The position numbers and the translations under genes are program-made. Under the pieces are notes generated by a model that saw nothing but the letters and a program-made list of their open reading frames with translations, was not told where the DNA came from and did no database searches. DNA of 53,785 bases from IMG/VR virus record IMGVR_UViG_3300025646_005002, positions 1 through 53,785 of that record; one strand, written 5' to 3'. This document shows positions 18,262 to 27,245 of the stretch, piece after piece (positions within the stretch are counted from its first letter, which is position 1; the number at the start of each line of letters is the position of its first letter). This DNA is from a virus. Lineage: Duplodnaviria; Caudoviricetes.

Positions 18262-18453
18262 ATGAGTACAACAAATCAACAACTATTAACATTGTTTGAA
18301 GAATACAAAGAAAACAGTGATAAGTTTGCTGAAAAAGGCAATAAGGCGGCTGGTACAAGAGCTAGAAAAGCCTTATCTGAAATCACTAAACTTGCTAAAG
18401 TAAGAAGAAAAGAAATACAAGAAGCGAAATCTACTGAAACTGCAAGTGCATAA
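18262..18453 (+). CDS. Histone H1-like (Hc1-type) basic protein
   Basis: EKGNKAAGTRARKAL...LAKVRRKE matches the Hc1 N-terminal motif; AAGGAG RBS. Confidence 0.75.
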   Translation: MSTTNQQLLTLFEEYKENSDKFAEKGNKAAGTRARKALSEITKLAKVRRKEIQEAKSTETASA

Positions 18454-18462
18454 GGATTTACT

Positions 18463-19002
18463 ATGGCGCGACCTGAAGAATATACAATTGAAAAAACTGT
18501 GTGGCGTTCAGGTCGCAAAAATTCTTATAATGATGAATTAGTAGTTGCTAAAGGAACGGTTAACAATCAACCTTGCTATGTAATGGCATGGGAAGTTGGC
18601 GCAGATAGACCAGAAACAGTATCATGGAACGGCAAAGTTTCGTATTTTCCTCGTATGCATTGGCTAGATGAAATACCAGCAGGTTATATTAAAATTTATA
18701 ATTACACAGAAGACAAAGAATTTTTTATAAAAAAAGACAAACACTATATACTACAAGATAATGATGTATATGTTAAGTTTAACAAAGATACAAATAATTT
18801 ATATCATCCTTCATTTACAAACATAACTTATAATCCTGCGGCAAAAACCAAAGCAATTAACTATGTGATGTGGTTTAATGAAAATGCTAAACAATTAGAC
18901 ATATATAAAAGATTATTAAGTACATCAAAACAAGCACGTAAACGTAGACGTAAAAGAGCAAAAAAAAGTTTAGAAAAACAGATAAATACTACAAATGATT
19001 AA
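18463..19002 (+). CDS. Hypothetical protein
   Basis: 179-aa ORF with RBS and a basic C-terminus. Confidence 0.7.
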   Translation: MARPEEYTIEKTVWRSGRKNSYNDELVVAKGTVNNQPCYVMAWEVGADRPETVSWNGKVSYFPRMHWLDEIPAGYIKIYNYTEDKEFFIKKDKHYILQDNDVYVKFNKDTNNLYHPSFTNITYNPAAKTKAINYVMWFNENAKQLDIYKRLLSTSKQARKRRRKRAKKSLEKQINTTND

Positions 19003-19315
19003 TATTACAGAAACAGCAAAAACATATTTGACAAACACAGCAGTTAAAAACAACAAACCCTATGTGGCTTTTAAAGTAAAAGGCGGCGGTTGTGCAGGCT
19101 TTCAATATGATTGGTCATTTGCTGATGAAATGTCTGACAAGTACTATGAATACGAATTAAATGAAAATAAAAAACTGCTAGTTGATAAAACAGCAGAGCT
19201 TTTTATACTTGGCAGTACCATAGACTATGTTGAAGAACTAGGTGGCAGTTATATTGCTATTAAAAATCCAAATTCAAAATCATCATGTGGTTGTGGAGAA
19301 AGTTTCAGTGCCTAA
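18995..19315 (+). CDS. iscA: A-type Fe-S carrier (IscA/SufA/HesB)
   Basis: VKGGGCAGFQY and NPNSKSSCGCGESF. Confidence 0.93.
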   Translation: MINITETAKTYLTNTAVKNNKPYVAFKVKGGGCAGFQYDWSFADEMSDKYYEYELNENKKLLVDKTAELFILGSTIDYVEELGGSYIAIKNPNSKSSCGCGESFSA

Positions 19316-19538
19316 CAACATATTTGAAAGACCAGATCTTGATGATGATCAATTAGTGAAATTAATCAATCAAATTCAAAATAAACTAAATCAAATTCAC
19401 AAACGTGGCGGCTATACAGAAGCACACAAACAAATGCAACGACAACTAGCATTTCTCACACAAGAATTACGTGATCGTCAAACCAAACAAGTAGACACAG
19501 AGAAGTTTGACGAAAACCCTTTTACAATTGGCGAATAA
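19308..19538 (+). CDS. Hypothetical protein
   Basis: Likely GTG start at 19308 after GGAG, overlapping the iscA stop. Confidence 0.55.
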   Translation: MPNNIFERPDLDDDQLVKLINQIQNKLNQIHKRGGYTEAHKQMQRQLAFLTQELRDRQTKQVDTEKFDENPFTIGE

Positions 19539-19550
19539 ATCCTCTTTTTA

Positions 19551-19558
19551 TATAAATA
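19551..19558 (+). promoter_or_regulatory. T4-late-like promoter
   Basis: TATAAATA 7 nt before the ATG at 19566. Confidence 0.65.
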
Positions 19559-19565
19559 ACTTTAT

Positions 19566-19943
19566 ATGGGAAAAAAAGGTAAAAAAGGATCTAGCGATAA
19601 AAAATACGTTTCTAAAGGCGGATTAGAAGGAAGACCTAGTCGTAAACTTCTTAATGCTATTAGAAGAGATAGACGTAATTTTGTAGTTGTTGACATGCAG
19701 ACAATAAGAAGCATGACTGCTAGAGAAGATTTCTATAGAGAATTAGCTAAAAGAAGAGATCAAAAATCCAAAGATCAATATGCTCAATATTTAGAAAAAC
19801 AAAAACTTGTTACTGAAGCAGAAAAACTATACAAAAAATATCAAAAAGCAGGCTGTACATATGGTGCCTGTGTTCAAGCAGTAAAAACAAATTGGGTAAG
19901 CAACCTAACCCAAAAGTGGAATCAAAGAATAGGCGAAGCCTAA
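19566..19943 (+). CDS. Basic hypothetical protein
   Basis: K/R-rich ORF behind its own promoter. Confidence 0.7.
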   Translation: MGKKGKKGSSDKKYVSKGGLEGRPSRKLLNAIRRDRRNFVVVDMQTIRSMTAREDFYRELAKRRDQKSKDQYAQYLEKQKLVTEAEKLYKKYQKAGCTYGACVQAVKTNWVSNLTQKWNQRIGEA

Positions 19944-19984
19944 TAGTTCTTGACAATCAAAACATTTTAATATAATATTGTAGT

Positions 19985-20524
19985 ATGTCAGATGTTGGTC
20001 GTATTACAAACACAAATCAGTATGGTGAACCTATTGTGAACTGTAGTGATCTAATTGAATTAGTGTATCAAGGATATGCAATTGACAAGCTCAAAGTCAA
20101 TGACAGCAGAGTTGAAAAATATAATTCTATTGTTAATGAACTGGCATTAGATTGGCCAAATATTCAAAAGTTAACCAAAATAGATATTCCTGTTCAAGAC
20201 TATGATCGTGCTTTGCAATCTGATTGGTACATGCCCAATGAATACAAAAGCATGGATGTTGTTGCACACATAAAAAGTCTTGCAATTACAGATGAAGAGA
20301 AAAAAAGAGTTGACACAGAACTAGAATTATATGTACAATATGATTTATTAAATGTATTAAAGTTTTTAATTTATCTAATAGATACTATGAGAAAAAATGA
20401 TATTGTTTGGGGAGTAGGCAGAGGATCATCGGTATCATCATATGTGCTGTATCTACTAGGAGTTCACAAAGTAAACAGTATAAAATATGGGTTAGATATC
20501 ACTGACTTTTTGAAAGATAAATAA
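19985..20524 (+). CDS. Stand-alone fragment of DNA polymerase III alpha (DnaE-like)
   Basis: RVDTELEL...WGVGRGSSVSSYVLYLLGVHKVNSIKYGL matches the DnaE GxGRGS region; only 179 aa; own promoter TTGACA(19950)-N17-TAATAT. Confidence 0.8.
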   Translation: MSDVGRITNTNQYGEPIVNCSDLIELVYQGYAIDKLKVNDSRVEKYNSIVNELALDWPNIQKLTKIDIPVQDYDRALQSDWYMPNEYKSMDVVAHIKSLAITDEEKKRVDTELELYVQYDLLNVLKFLIYLIDTMRKNDIVWGVGRGSSVSSYVLYLLGVHKVNSIKYGLDITDFLKDK

Positions 20525-20543
20525 TTATATAGGAGTATAACTT

Positions 20544-20909
20544 ATGAAAAAAACAAATAGAGGACAAGCAATAGATATGCAAGGTCTTACACTAGCAAAT
20601 GAAACATCTGTAGCAGTAGGAAATATGAAAGTTAATGCACGTGGTGATCAACTAGACAGTAAAGGTAATATTGTAAAAACAAAAACACAACAAGCTCAAG
20701 CATACTATCAAAACAATCCTAAAGCGGCCGTAAAAACAGTAAGTATCAAAGACGCAGTTGACGTTTCAGCAACCAAGGCAATGGAACAAACACCAGTCCA
20801 AGAAAAATCAAAGCCAAAAGCGTCAAAGCCAAAACAATCTCAACCAAAAATGAAAGAAGTTGAGTTACCAAATGGTGATATTGAACTAGTTGAAGACACA
20901 GAAGAGTAA
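20544..20909 (+). CDS. Hypothetical protein
   Basis: GATAAATA promoter and AGGAG RBS; AVGNMKVNARGD motif. Confidence 0.7.
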   Translation: MKKTNRGQAIDMQGLTLANETSVAVGNMKVNARGDQLDSKGNIVKTKTQQAQAYYQNNPKAAVKTVSIKDAVDVSATKAMEQTPVQEKSKPKASKPKQSQPKMKEVELPNGDIELVEDTEE

Positions 20910-20914
20910 AACAA

Positions 20915-21268
20915 ATGCACACAGTAAAAGGCAAAATTCGTCCTTTAAGAAATAAAATTTTGGTTAAAAATATTGACCAGGGTATGCGTAAGTCTAAAGG
21001 TGGAATACTTTTACCATCGTCGGATCGTTTAGATGATGGTGGTGCTGGGGTTAGAGCCAGATGGGCAGAAGTTTATGCAGTAGGATCAGAAATTGATTAT
21101 CTTAAACCAGGAGACTTTGTGTTAATGGAACATGGACGTTGGACAAGAGGAGTTCAGGTTGAAGATGATGGCCAAGAATTTGATCTTAGAGTTGCAGACC
21201 CAAATGGAATACTTGGAACTTCTGACACTAGACCAGAAGATTTATTAGACGGTGCTCCAACATATTAA
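20915..21268 (+). CDS. groES: GroES-like co-chaperonin
   Basis: IRPLRNKILV, mobile loop KSKGGILLP, VYAVGS, LKPGDFVL. Confidence 0.85.
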   Translation: MHTVKGKIRPLRNKILVKNIDQGMRKSKGGILLPSSDRLDDGGAGVRARWAEVYAVGSEIDYLKPGDFVLMEHGRWTRGVQVEDDGQEFDLRVADPNGILGTSDTRPEDLLDGAPTY

Positions 21269-21311
21269 TTCACTTGACAATTTATACAATTTATAATATA
21301 CTGAGAGTAAG

Positions 21312-22238
21312 ATGAAACAACTTTGGGTAGAACAATATAGACCTAAGAAGGTCAAAGAATATGTGTTTAGAGATGAACAACAAGAACGTCAAGTTCAAAG
21401 TTGGATAGACTCTAAGGCAATTCCACATTTGCTTTTTAGTGGTGATCCTGGTACAGGTAAAACAACACTGGCAAAATTATTGTTGCATGAACTTGAAGTT
21501 GACAAAGGCGACATACTAGAAATAAATGCATCTAATGAAAACTCAGTAGATGTTATGCGTGAAAAAATCACAAACTTTGCTCAAACAATGCCGTTTGGTG
21601 ATTTTAAATATGTGTTGTTAGACGAAGCAGATTATATCACACAAAACGGTCAAGCAATTTTACGTGGACTAATGGAGCAGTATGCTTCAACTTGTAGATT
21701 TTTATTAACTTGTAATTATGAACGTAGAGTTATTCCTGCAATACATTCTAGATGTCAAGGCTTTCATATCAAAACTCTAGATCAAACTATGTTTGCAGTG
21801 AGAGTTGGTGAAATACTTGCAAATGAAAAAGTTGACTTTGACATGGACACACTTGATGTTTATGTTAAGGCAAATTATCCAGACCTAAGAAAATGTATTA
21901 ATACTTGTCAAATGAATTCACAAACTGGCAAGTTAGAAAAACCACAAGAAGGTGATCTCACAGAAGGCAACATGGAAATTACCTATGTGGCTATGTTCCA
22001 AAATGGTGACATTGAAAAAGCAAGAAAATACATTGTAGAAAATGCAGATTCAAATTCATATGAAAAAATCTATCGTAAAATGTATGAAAACCTTGAATGG
22101 TTTGGTAGTACAGAAGAAAAACAAAATAGAGCATTGTTGTGTATTCGTGATGGTATTGTAAATCATGCAGTGGTTGTTGATCCAGAAATCAATCTAGCGG
22201 CTACTATGGTTGAACTAGAAATGATTCGTGGTAAATAA
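21312..22238 (+). CDS. Clamp loader AAA+ subunit (RFC/gp44-like)
   Basis: LWVEQYRP, GDPGTGKT, EINASNE, LDEADY, SRC, PDLRKCIN; promoter TTGACA(21274)-N17-TATACT. Confidence 0.92.
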   Translation: MKQLWVEQYRPKKVKEYVFRDEQQERQVQSWIDSKAIPHLLFSGDPGTGKTTLAKLLLHELEVDKGDILEINASNENSVDVMREKITNFAQTMPFGDFKYVLLDEADYITQNGQAILRGLMEQYASTCRFLLTCNYERRVIPAIHSRCQGFHIKTLDQTMFAVRVGEILANEKVDFDMDTLDVYVKANYPDLRKCINTCQMNSQTGKLEKPQEGDLTEGNMEITYVAMFQNGDIEKARKYIVENADSNSYEKIYRKMYENLEWFGSTEEKQNRALLCIRDGIVNHAVVVDPEINLAATMVELEMIRGK

Positions 22239-22242
22239 CTAT

Positions 22243-22569
22243 ATGAGCAAGAATAAAGGTCACTTTATAGTTTTCCAGCACGTTTATCAACCAGCCCCAG
22301 GTGCTAAAACAGAAATGAAAAATTTTGGCACAGAAGGACAATGGCGTATTCAAGAAATGGTTTATTTTGTTGATAGATTAAAATCAAGACATTGGGATTC
22401 TTCTACAGTTATTGTCGACTATGACAATTGGCAAATACTGAAAAACAGCACAGGCGGAGATGAAGTAACAGTGCAAGGAATGTTAGATCATGTCAACAAA
22501 CACTATCCACAACAATATCAACAATTTATGGAAGTAGTAAAAGATGTCAAACCTAATAAAAGCAGTTAA
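22243..22569 (+). CDS. Hypothetical protein
   Basis: ATG at 22243 follows GGTAAATA. Confidence 0.65.
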   Translation: MSKNKGHFIVFQHVYQPAPGAKTEMKNFGTEGQWRIQEMVYFVDRLKSRHWDSSTVIVDYDNWQILKNSTGGDEVTVQGMLDHVNKHYPQQYQQFMEVVKDVKPNKSS

Positions 22570-23164
22570 ATCTGCAGAAAGATGCCAACGCAATTGGGAT
22601 CATTCTAAACAAATTTTAGAAGAAGATATAAAAACAATTGTTGAAGTAGCAACAACAATGCCAACAAAAAACAACAGAAGTTACTACGAACTGATAGTAA
22701 GCACAAACAAAGACTTCAATAGGATGTGTTATGAATATGCAACTGATACTCATAATCCACATTTTACAGATAGAAAAGTTCATAGAAATACACAAGTGAA
22801 TGCTCCTTTACTACTAATTTGGAGACCAACAGACCTAGACGGAATTGATAATCCTTTTGACGATGATTATCAAGAAAGTTTTTCAGTTAGTATTGGTATA
22901 TCATCAGGCGCGGCAGTACTAACAGCAAATCAATTAGGATACACAACAGGATATTGTGGTTGTTTTAGAACAAAAGAATTGTATGAAGAAATGAAAAACA
23001 AGTATGATATTCCAATAACCAATACTAAATTTAAAAAAATATTAGCAGTTGGCTTTGGAAATCCAAACACTAATTTTAGTAGAGTTGATTGTGTTTTAGA
23101 TGGTGAACATGGTTTTACAGCAGAATCAGTTGATAAAACCATTAATGTAAAATATATAAAATAA
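22544..23164 (+). CDS. Nitroreductase-like protein
   Basis: RCQRNWD, MPTKNN, GISSGAAVLTANQLGYTTGYCGCF fit the nitroreductase fold. Confidence 0.65.
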   Translation: MSNLIKAVKSAERCQRNWDHSKQILEEDIKTIVEVATTMPTKNNRSYYELIVSTNKDFNRMCYEYATDTHNPHFTDRKVHRNTQVNAPLLLIWRPTDLDGIDNPFDDDYQESFSVSIGISSGAAVLTANQLGYTTGYCGCFRTKELYEEMKNKYDIPITNTKFKKILAVGFGNPNTNFSRVDCVLDGEHGFTAESVDKTINVKYIK

Positions 23165-23203
23165 TTGTTTGACTTTTGTAGAAAATAGTAATATAATAAT
23201 AAT

Positions 23204-24307
23204 ATGAAAGTTTGGTTAATAGATTTAGAATCAGTAGAAACAAGATATACTTGTCAGTGGAAAACACATGTTCCAGAGCTACTACAATCACACAACATAG
23301 AAGTTGAAGTAATAGAAGGTGCAGATGATATTCCACCTGCTACAACACCTGGTGCATTTTTAAACTTTGGTGGTACTAATATCTATAAGTCAACACAGAT
23401 AGAAAAAATTTCAAGAGCATTTACAGAAGGTAGAGTATCACAGGGTGATCACATATTGTTTACTGATGCTTGGCATCCTGGTATTATCAACATCAAATAC
23501 ATGAGTGAACTACTTGGTATTAAAGTTATCACACATGGATTATGGCATGCGGGTTCATATGATCCAGCAGATTTCTTAGGTAGATTAATTGGTAAAGCAC
23601 CATGGGTAAGACATGCAGAAAGATCAATGTTTGAATCATTTGATCACAATTATTTTGCATCAGATTTTCATATTAGATTATTTGGTAGATCACACAAGGT
23701 TGGTCCAGTAGGTAATAAAATTGTAAGAACAGGTTGGCCTATGGAATACATGAAAGATACTCTTAAAAAATATTCAGGTATTGGAAAAAGAAACCTAATA
23801 CTATTTCCACATAGAATTGCTCCAGAAAAGCAACCAGAGATATTTAGAGATCTAGCACAGAGTTTACCAGAATATCAATTTGTTGTTTGTCAAGACAAAC
23901 AGTTAAACAAAGATGAATATCATTCACTGCTTGGTCAAGCAAAAATGGTATTTTCAGCAAACACACAAGAAACACTAGGTATATCACCTTATGAAGGAGT
24001 ACTAGTTGGTGCAATGCCTTTGGTACCAGATAGATTAAGTTATACAGAAATGTATGATGATGTATGGAAATATGATTCAGCATGGACCAGTTCATACTCA
24101 AATTATCAATTAAACAAACATAAACTTATCCAAATAATAAAAAATGATATGGAGAACTACGCAAATAAATTGCCAAAACTACAACAATTAGAGCAAAAAT
24201 TAACTGACATGTATTTCTCTGCAAACAATCTGTTAAATACTATTAGTAGTTATGGCAAAAAAGAAACCAATCAAAAAGAAATTAAACAGACAACGATATC
24301 AGTTTGA
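23204..24307 (+). CDS. GT-B glycosyltransferase
   Basis: FPHRIAPEKQPE and QETLGISPYEG...VPDRLSYTEM (GT4-like EX7E); promoter TTGACT(23169)-N17-TATAAT. Confidence 0.8.
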   Translation: MKVWLIDLESVETRYTCQWKTHVPELLQSHNIEVEVIEGADDIPPATTPGAFLNFGGTNIYKSTQIEKISRAFTEGRVSQGDHILFTDAWHPGIINIKYMSELLGIKVITHGLWHAGSYDPADFLGRLIGKAPWVRHAERSMFESFDHNYFASDFHIRLFGRSHKVGPVGNKIVRTGWPMEYMKDTLKKYSGIGKRNLILFPHRIAPEKQPEIFRDLAQSLPEYQFVVCQDKQLNKDEYHSLLGQAKMVFSANTQETLGISPYEGVLVGAMPLVPDRLSYTEMYDDVWKYDSAWTSSYSNYQLNKHKLIQIIKNDMENYANKLPKLQQLEQKLTDMYFSANNLLNTISSYGKKETNQKEIKQTTISV

Positions 24308-24581
24308 CATTCAATCTGGAATGAAGTTACCTGACGTTATAAATTGGCAAGAACAAGAAGTAATAGACACTCTTTCAGCATACTTTAATAGAAAAATGGA
24401 CGAAGGTGTAAAATATGTTACCATGGCAGAAATATTAAGATTGTTTGGCCATACACCAGATCCAAAACATAAACATCAAATATTTGAACTAGCAGATATC
24501 AACGACGAACCAAACAACAAACACACTGGATTTGTACATCAAGGGATATATTATCCTATGGCAAGTAATTTATATCATTAA
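24252..24581 (+). CDS. Hypothetical protein
   Basis: 109-aa ORF overlapping the glycosyltransferase end. Confidence 0.55.
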   Translation: MAKKKPIKKKLNRQRYQFDIQSGMKLPDVINWQEQEVIDTLSAYFNRKMDEGVKYVTMAEILRLFGHTPDPKHKHQIFELADINDEPNNKHTGFVHQGIYYPMASNLYH

Positions 24582-24589
24582 AAAAACAC

Positions 24590-24662
24590 TTGCAATTTTC
24601 AAATATAATTGTTATAATAATCTAATAAACAGCAATCCTCTGCTTTAACATCGGAGAAACAA
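24590..24662 (+). promoter_or_regulatory. folE promoter and compact structured leader
   Basis: TTGCAA-N17-TATAAT; hairpin AGCA-ATCCTC-TGCT whose loop can pair with the GGA of the RBS. Confidence 0.5.
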
Positions 24663-25337
24663 ATGAGTAAAAGTGAAGAAATAAAACAAAGATTAAAAGA
24701 TGCTGGTGTGCGTTTTCATTCTAATGACAACATCAGTGAATACATCAAAGAAGGTGAACTAGCTCAACTTCAAGATGAAATACAAGAAAAAATGCAAGGC
24801 GTATTAGATAGCCTTGTAATTGATACAGAAAATGATCACAACACACGTGAAACAGCAAAACGTGTAGCCAAGATGTACGTGAATGAAATTTTTGGTGGTA
24901 GATTTAAAGCACCTCCAAGAGTTACTAGTTTTCCAAACATGGGATACAAAAGCATGTACACCAGTGGACCAATTTCAATAAGATCAACCTGTGCTCATCA
25001 CTTTCAAAATATCGTAGGACAATGTTGGATAGGTATTATTCCTAATGGCGAAGTTATTGGACTATCTAAGTTTAATAGAATAGTTCATCACATTGTAGAA
25101 CGTCCTCAGATACAAGAAGAAATGACATCACAAATTGCAACTGAACTAAAAAAATATGCAAAAACAGAACACATTGCAGTTGTTGTGAAAGCAGAACATC
25201 ATTGTATGACACACAGAGGTGTGCGTGAACATGAAAGTGATATGACCACAGCAATCATGAATGGAGCATTCAGCGATGATCCTGCAACTAGAGATGAATT
25301 TTATAAGATTTGCATGAGCATGAAAGGTCATGGTTAA
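24663..25337 (+). CDS. folE: GTP cyclohydrolase I
   Basis: ETAKRVAKMY, STCAHHF, IGLSKFNR, RPQIQEEMT, AEHHCMTHRGV. Confidence 0.95.
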   Translation: MSKSEEIKQRLKDAGVRFHSNDNISEYIKEGELAQLQDEIQEKMQGVLDSLVIDTENDHNTRETAKRVAKMYVNEIFGGRFKAPPRVTSFPNMGYKSMYTSGPISIRSTCAHHFQNIVGQCWIGIIPNGEVIGLSKFNRIVHHIVERPQIQEEMTSQIATELKKYAKTEHIAVVVKAEHHCMTHRGVREHESDMTTAIMNGAFSDDPATRDEFYKICMSMKGHG

Positions 25338-25602
25338 TACTGTTAAAAAAATATACGAAAGTGAACATACACTTTTTACTTTTGTGCCAGTTGATAACAT
25401 AGATTATGAACTATGGGAAGACGAACACATAAGCAAAAAAATAACTAACTACACTGATTGGTTTAAGAACAATAAGGTTCCTGCTAAAAAATATACGTTT
25501 AAAAAATATGTTAATCCAGGTGTAGATGGAATAACAGGATATGTAACAGTGAAAATTTTTGACAGAAAAATTGATGCACTGTTTAGGTTAACTTGGTTAT
25601 GA
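25330..25602 (+). CDS. Hypothetical protein
   Basis: Overlapping in-operon ORF ending ALFRLTW. Confidence 0.6.
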   Translation: MVNTVKKIYESEHTLFTFVPVDNIDYELWEDEHISKKITNYTDWFKNNKVPAKKYTFKKYVNPGVDGITGYVTVKIFDRKIDALFRLTWL

Positions 25603-25877
25603 ATAAAATATTAAAATTTTGGAAAGAATCGTATACATCTAATCCCACAGCATTTTGGATTGAGATGTTTTCTGCTATCTGTGTGATGACAGGATCTGCT
25701 ATACTAACTTATACAGTACTAGCACCTAGACCAGATATATTTGTGCCATTCTACTTTTTAGGTAGTGTCACAAGTTTGGTTGCGGCAGTGATGAGAAAAG
25801 CGGCTTGGATTGCTGTACTAACAACTTGGTTTTCAACAATGAACATTATTGCACTGTATCAACTTTTTATTATGTAA
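25599..25877 (+). CDS. Small membrane protein (about 3 TM)
   Basis: Three hydrophobic segments; ATGA overlap. Confidence 0.7.
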   Translation: MNKILKFWKESYTSNPTAFWIEMFSAICVMTGSAILTYTVLAPRPDIFVPFYFLGSVTSLVAAVMRKAAWIAVLTTWFSTMNIIALYQLFIM

Positions 25878-25880
25878 CAT

Positions 25881-26297
25881 ATGAAAACAGGAATAACATT
25901 TTCAACATTTGATTTATTACACGCAGGTCATATTGCTATGTTGCGTGAAGCAAAAAGTCAATGTGATTATTTAATATGTGGATTACAAAGTGATCCTACA
26001 ATTGATAGACCAGACACTAAAAATAAACCAATTCAAACAATGTTTGAAAGATATCTGCAATTAAAAGCAGTTGAATATGTAGACGAAGTAGTTCCTTATC
26101 AAACAGAAGAAGATGTGGTTGATATACTAACAACTCTAATACCAGATGTAAGAATACTAGGTGAAGAATACAAAGACAAAATGTTTACTGGAAAATCTGA
26201 GTGTGAAAAACTTGGAATAGAATTGTATTTTAATTCAAGAACACATAGGTTTAGCACAACAGATCTACGCAAAAGGATAGCAATAAATGACAAATAA
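25881..26297 (+). CDS. Cytidylyltransferase (TagD/glycerol-3-phosphate type)
   Basis: FDLLHAGH (HxGH), VDEVVPY, RTHRFSTT. Confidence 0.88.
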   Translation: MKTGITFSTFDLLHAGHIAMLREAKSQCDYLICGLQSDPTIDRPDTKNKPIQTMFERYLQLKAVEYVDEVVPYQTEEDVVDILTTLIPDVRILGEEYKDKMFTGKSECEKLGIELYFNSRTHRFSTTDLRKRIAINDK

Positions 26298-26772
26298 AGT
26301 ATACTACAGTTGGCAGGACATAGAAGATATGACCGCTGACATTATACAACAAATTGTTGTAGATAAAAATAACTTTAAACCAGATTATGTGGTAGGGCTA
26401 ACACGTGGAGGATTAATTCCATCAACAATGATTAGTCATTATTTTGAAGTTCCTATGCACACATTAGAAATTAAATTGCGTGATCATGCAACAGTGCCTG
26501 AATCAAACAAATGGATGGCTCGTGATGCTGTACAAGGTAAAAACATTTTGATTGTGGATGATATCAACGACACAGGAGAAACACTTTCTTGGATCAAACA
26601 AGATTGGGAAAAGTCAGGCAAAATAAATTGGGAATCTAATGTACGATTTGCAGTGCTAATAGAAAATGAACCAAGTCATTTTGGTAAAGTTAACTATGTT
26701 TCTAAATCAATTAACAAAGATGAAAATCCCCAATGGATAGTTTATCCATGGGAAGAATGGTGGGCAATATGA
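26287..26772 (+). CDS. Type I purine phosphoribosyltransferase (Gpt-like)
   Basis: VGLTRGGLIP, PRPP motif ILIVDDINDTGET, WIVYPWE. Confidence 0.88.
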   Translation: MTNKVYYSWQDIEDMTADIIQQIVVDKNNFKPDYVVGLTRGGLIPSTMISHYFEVPMHTLEIKLRDHATVPESNKWMARDAVQGKNILIVDDINDTGETLSWIKQDWEKSGKINWESNVRFAVLIENEPSHFGKVNYVSKSINKDENPQWIVYPWEEWWAI

Positions 26773-27230
26773 GTGAACGAGAATATCCGTGGGTAAAAGA
26801 AGATAAAGAACTTATGGAATCAGATCCAAATCCTCAAACTTTTAAAGATAGTATTTGGGCAAAAAATGATAAACCAATCAAAGATGAGCCAAACCTAGCA
26901 GTGTTTAATGACAAATATCCTTGCAAGGAAGGTCATAGATTATATATTACTAAACTGCCAAAAGATGCACCAGGTGGTATAGGGTATGCTTTTCAAGAAG
27001 CATTTAGAGATGGTATGGAAATGATAAAACAGGGTAAAATTGATGGGTTTAATCTTGGTATGAATATTGGTGCATCAGCAGGTCAAAGTGTATTTTGGCC
27101 ACATGTGCATTTTATTCCAAGACATGAAGGAGATCAAGAAGGCCATGGTTTTCCAAGAGGAGTAAGACAAGCATATCCACCAGATCCTTACAATCCAAGT
27201 AACAAAGTAATTGACAAAAAATCTAAATAG
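26769..27230 (+). CDS. HIT family nucleotide hydrolase
   Basis: DKYPCKEGH, GFNLGMNIGASAGQSVFWPHVHFIPR; the first triad His is replaced by Trp. Confidence 0.85.
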   Translation: MSEREYPWVKEDKELMESDPNPQTFKDSIWAKNDKPIKDEPNLAVFNDKYPCKEGHRLYITKLPKDAPGGIGYAFQEAFRDGMEMIKQGKIDGFNLGMNIGASAGQSVFWPHVHFIPRHEGDQEGHGFPRGVRQAYPPDPYNPSNKVIDKKSK

Positions 27231-27245
27231 TGTATAGTATATATT

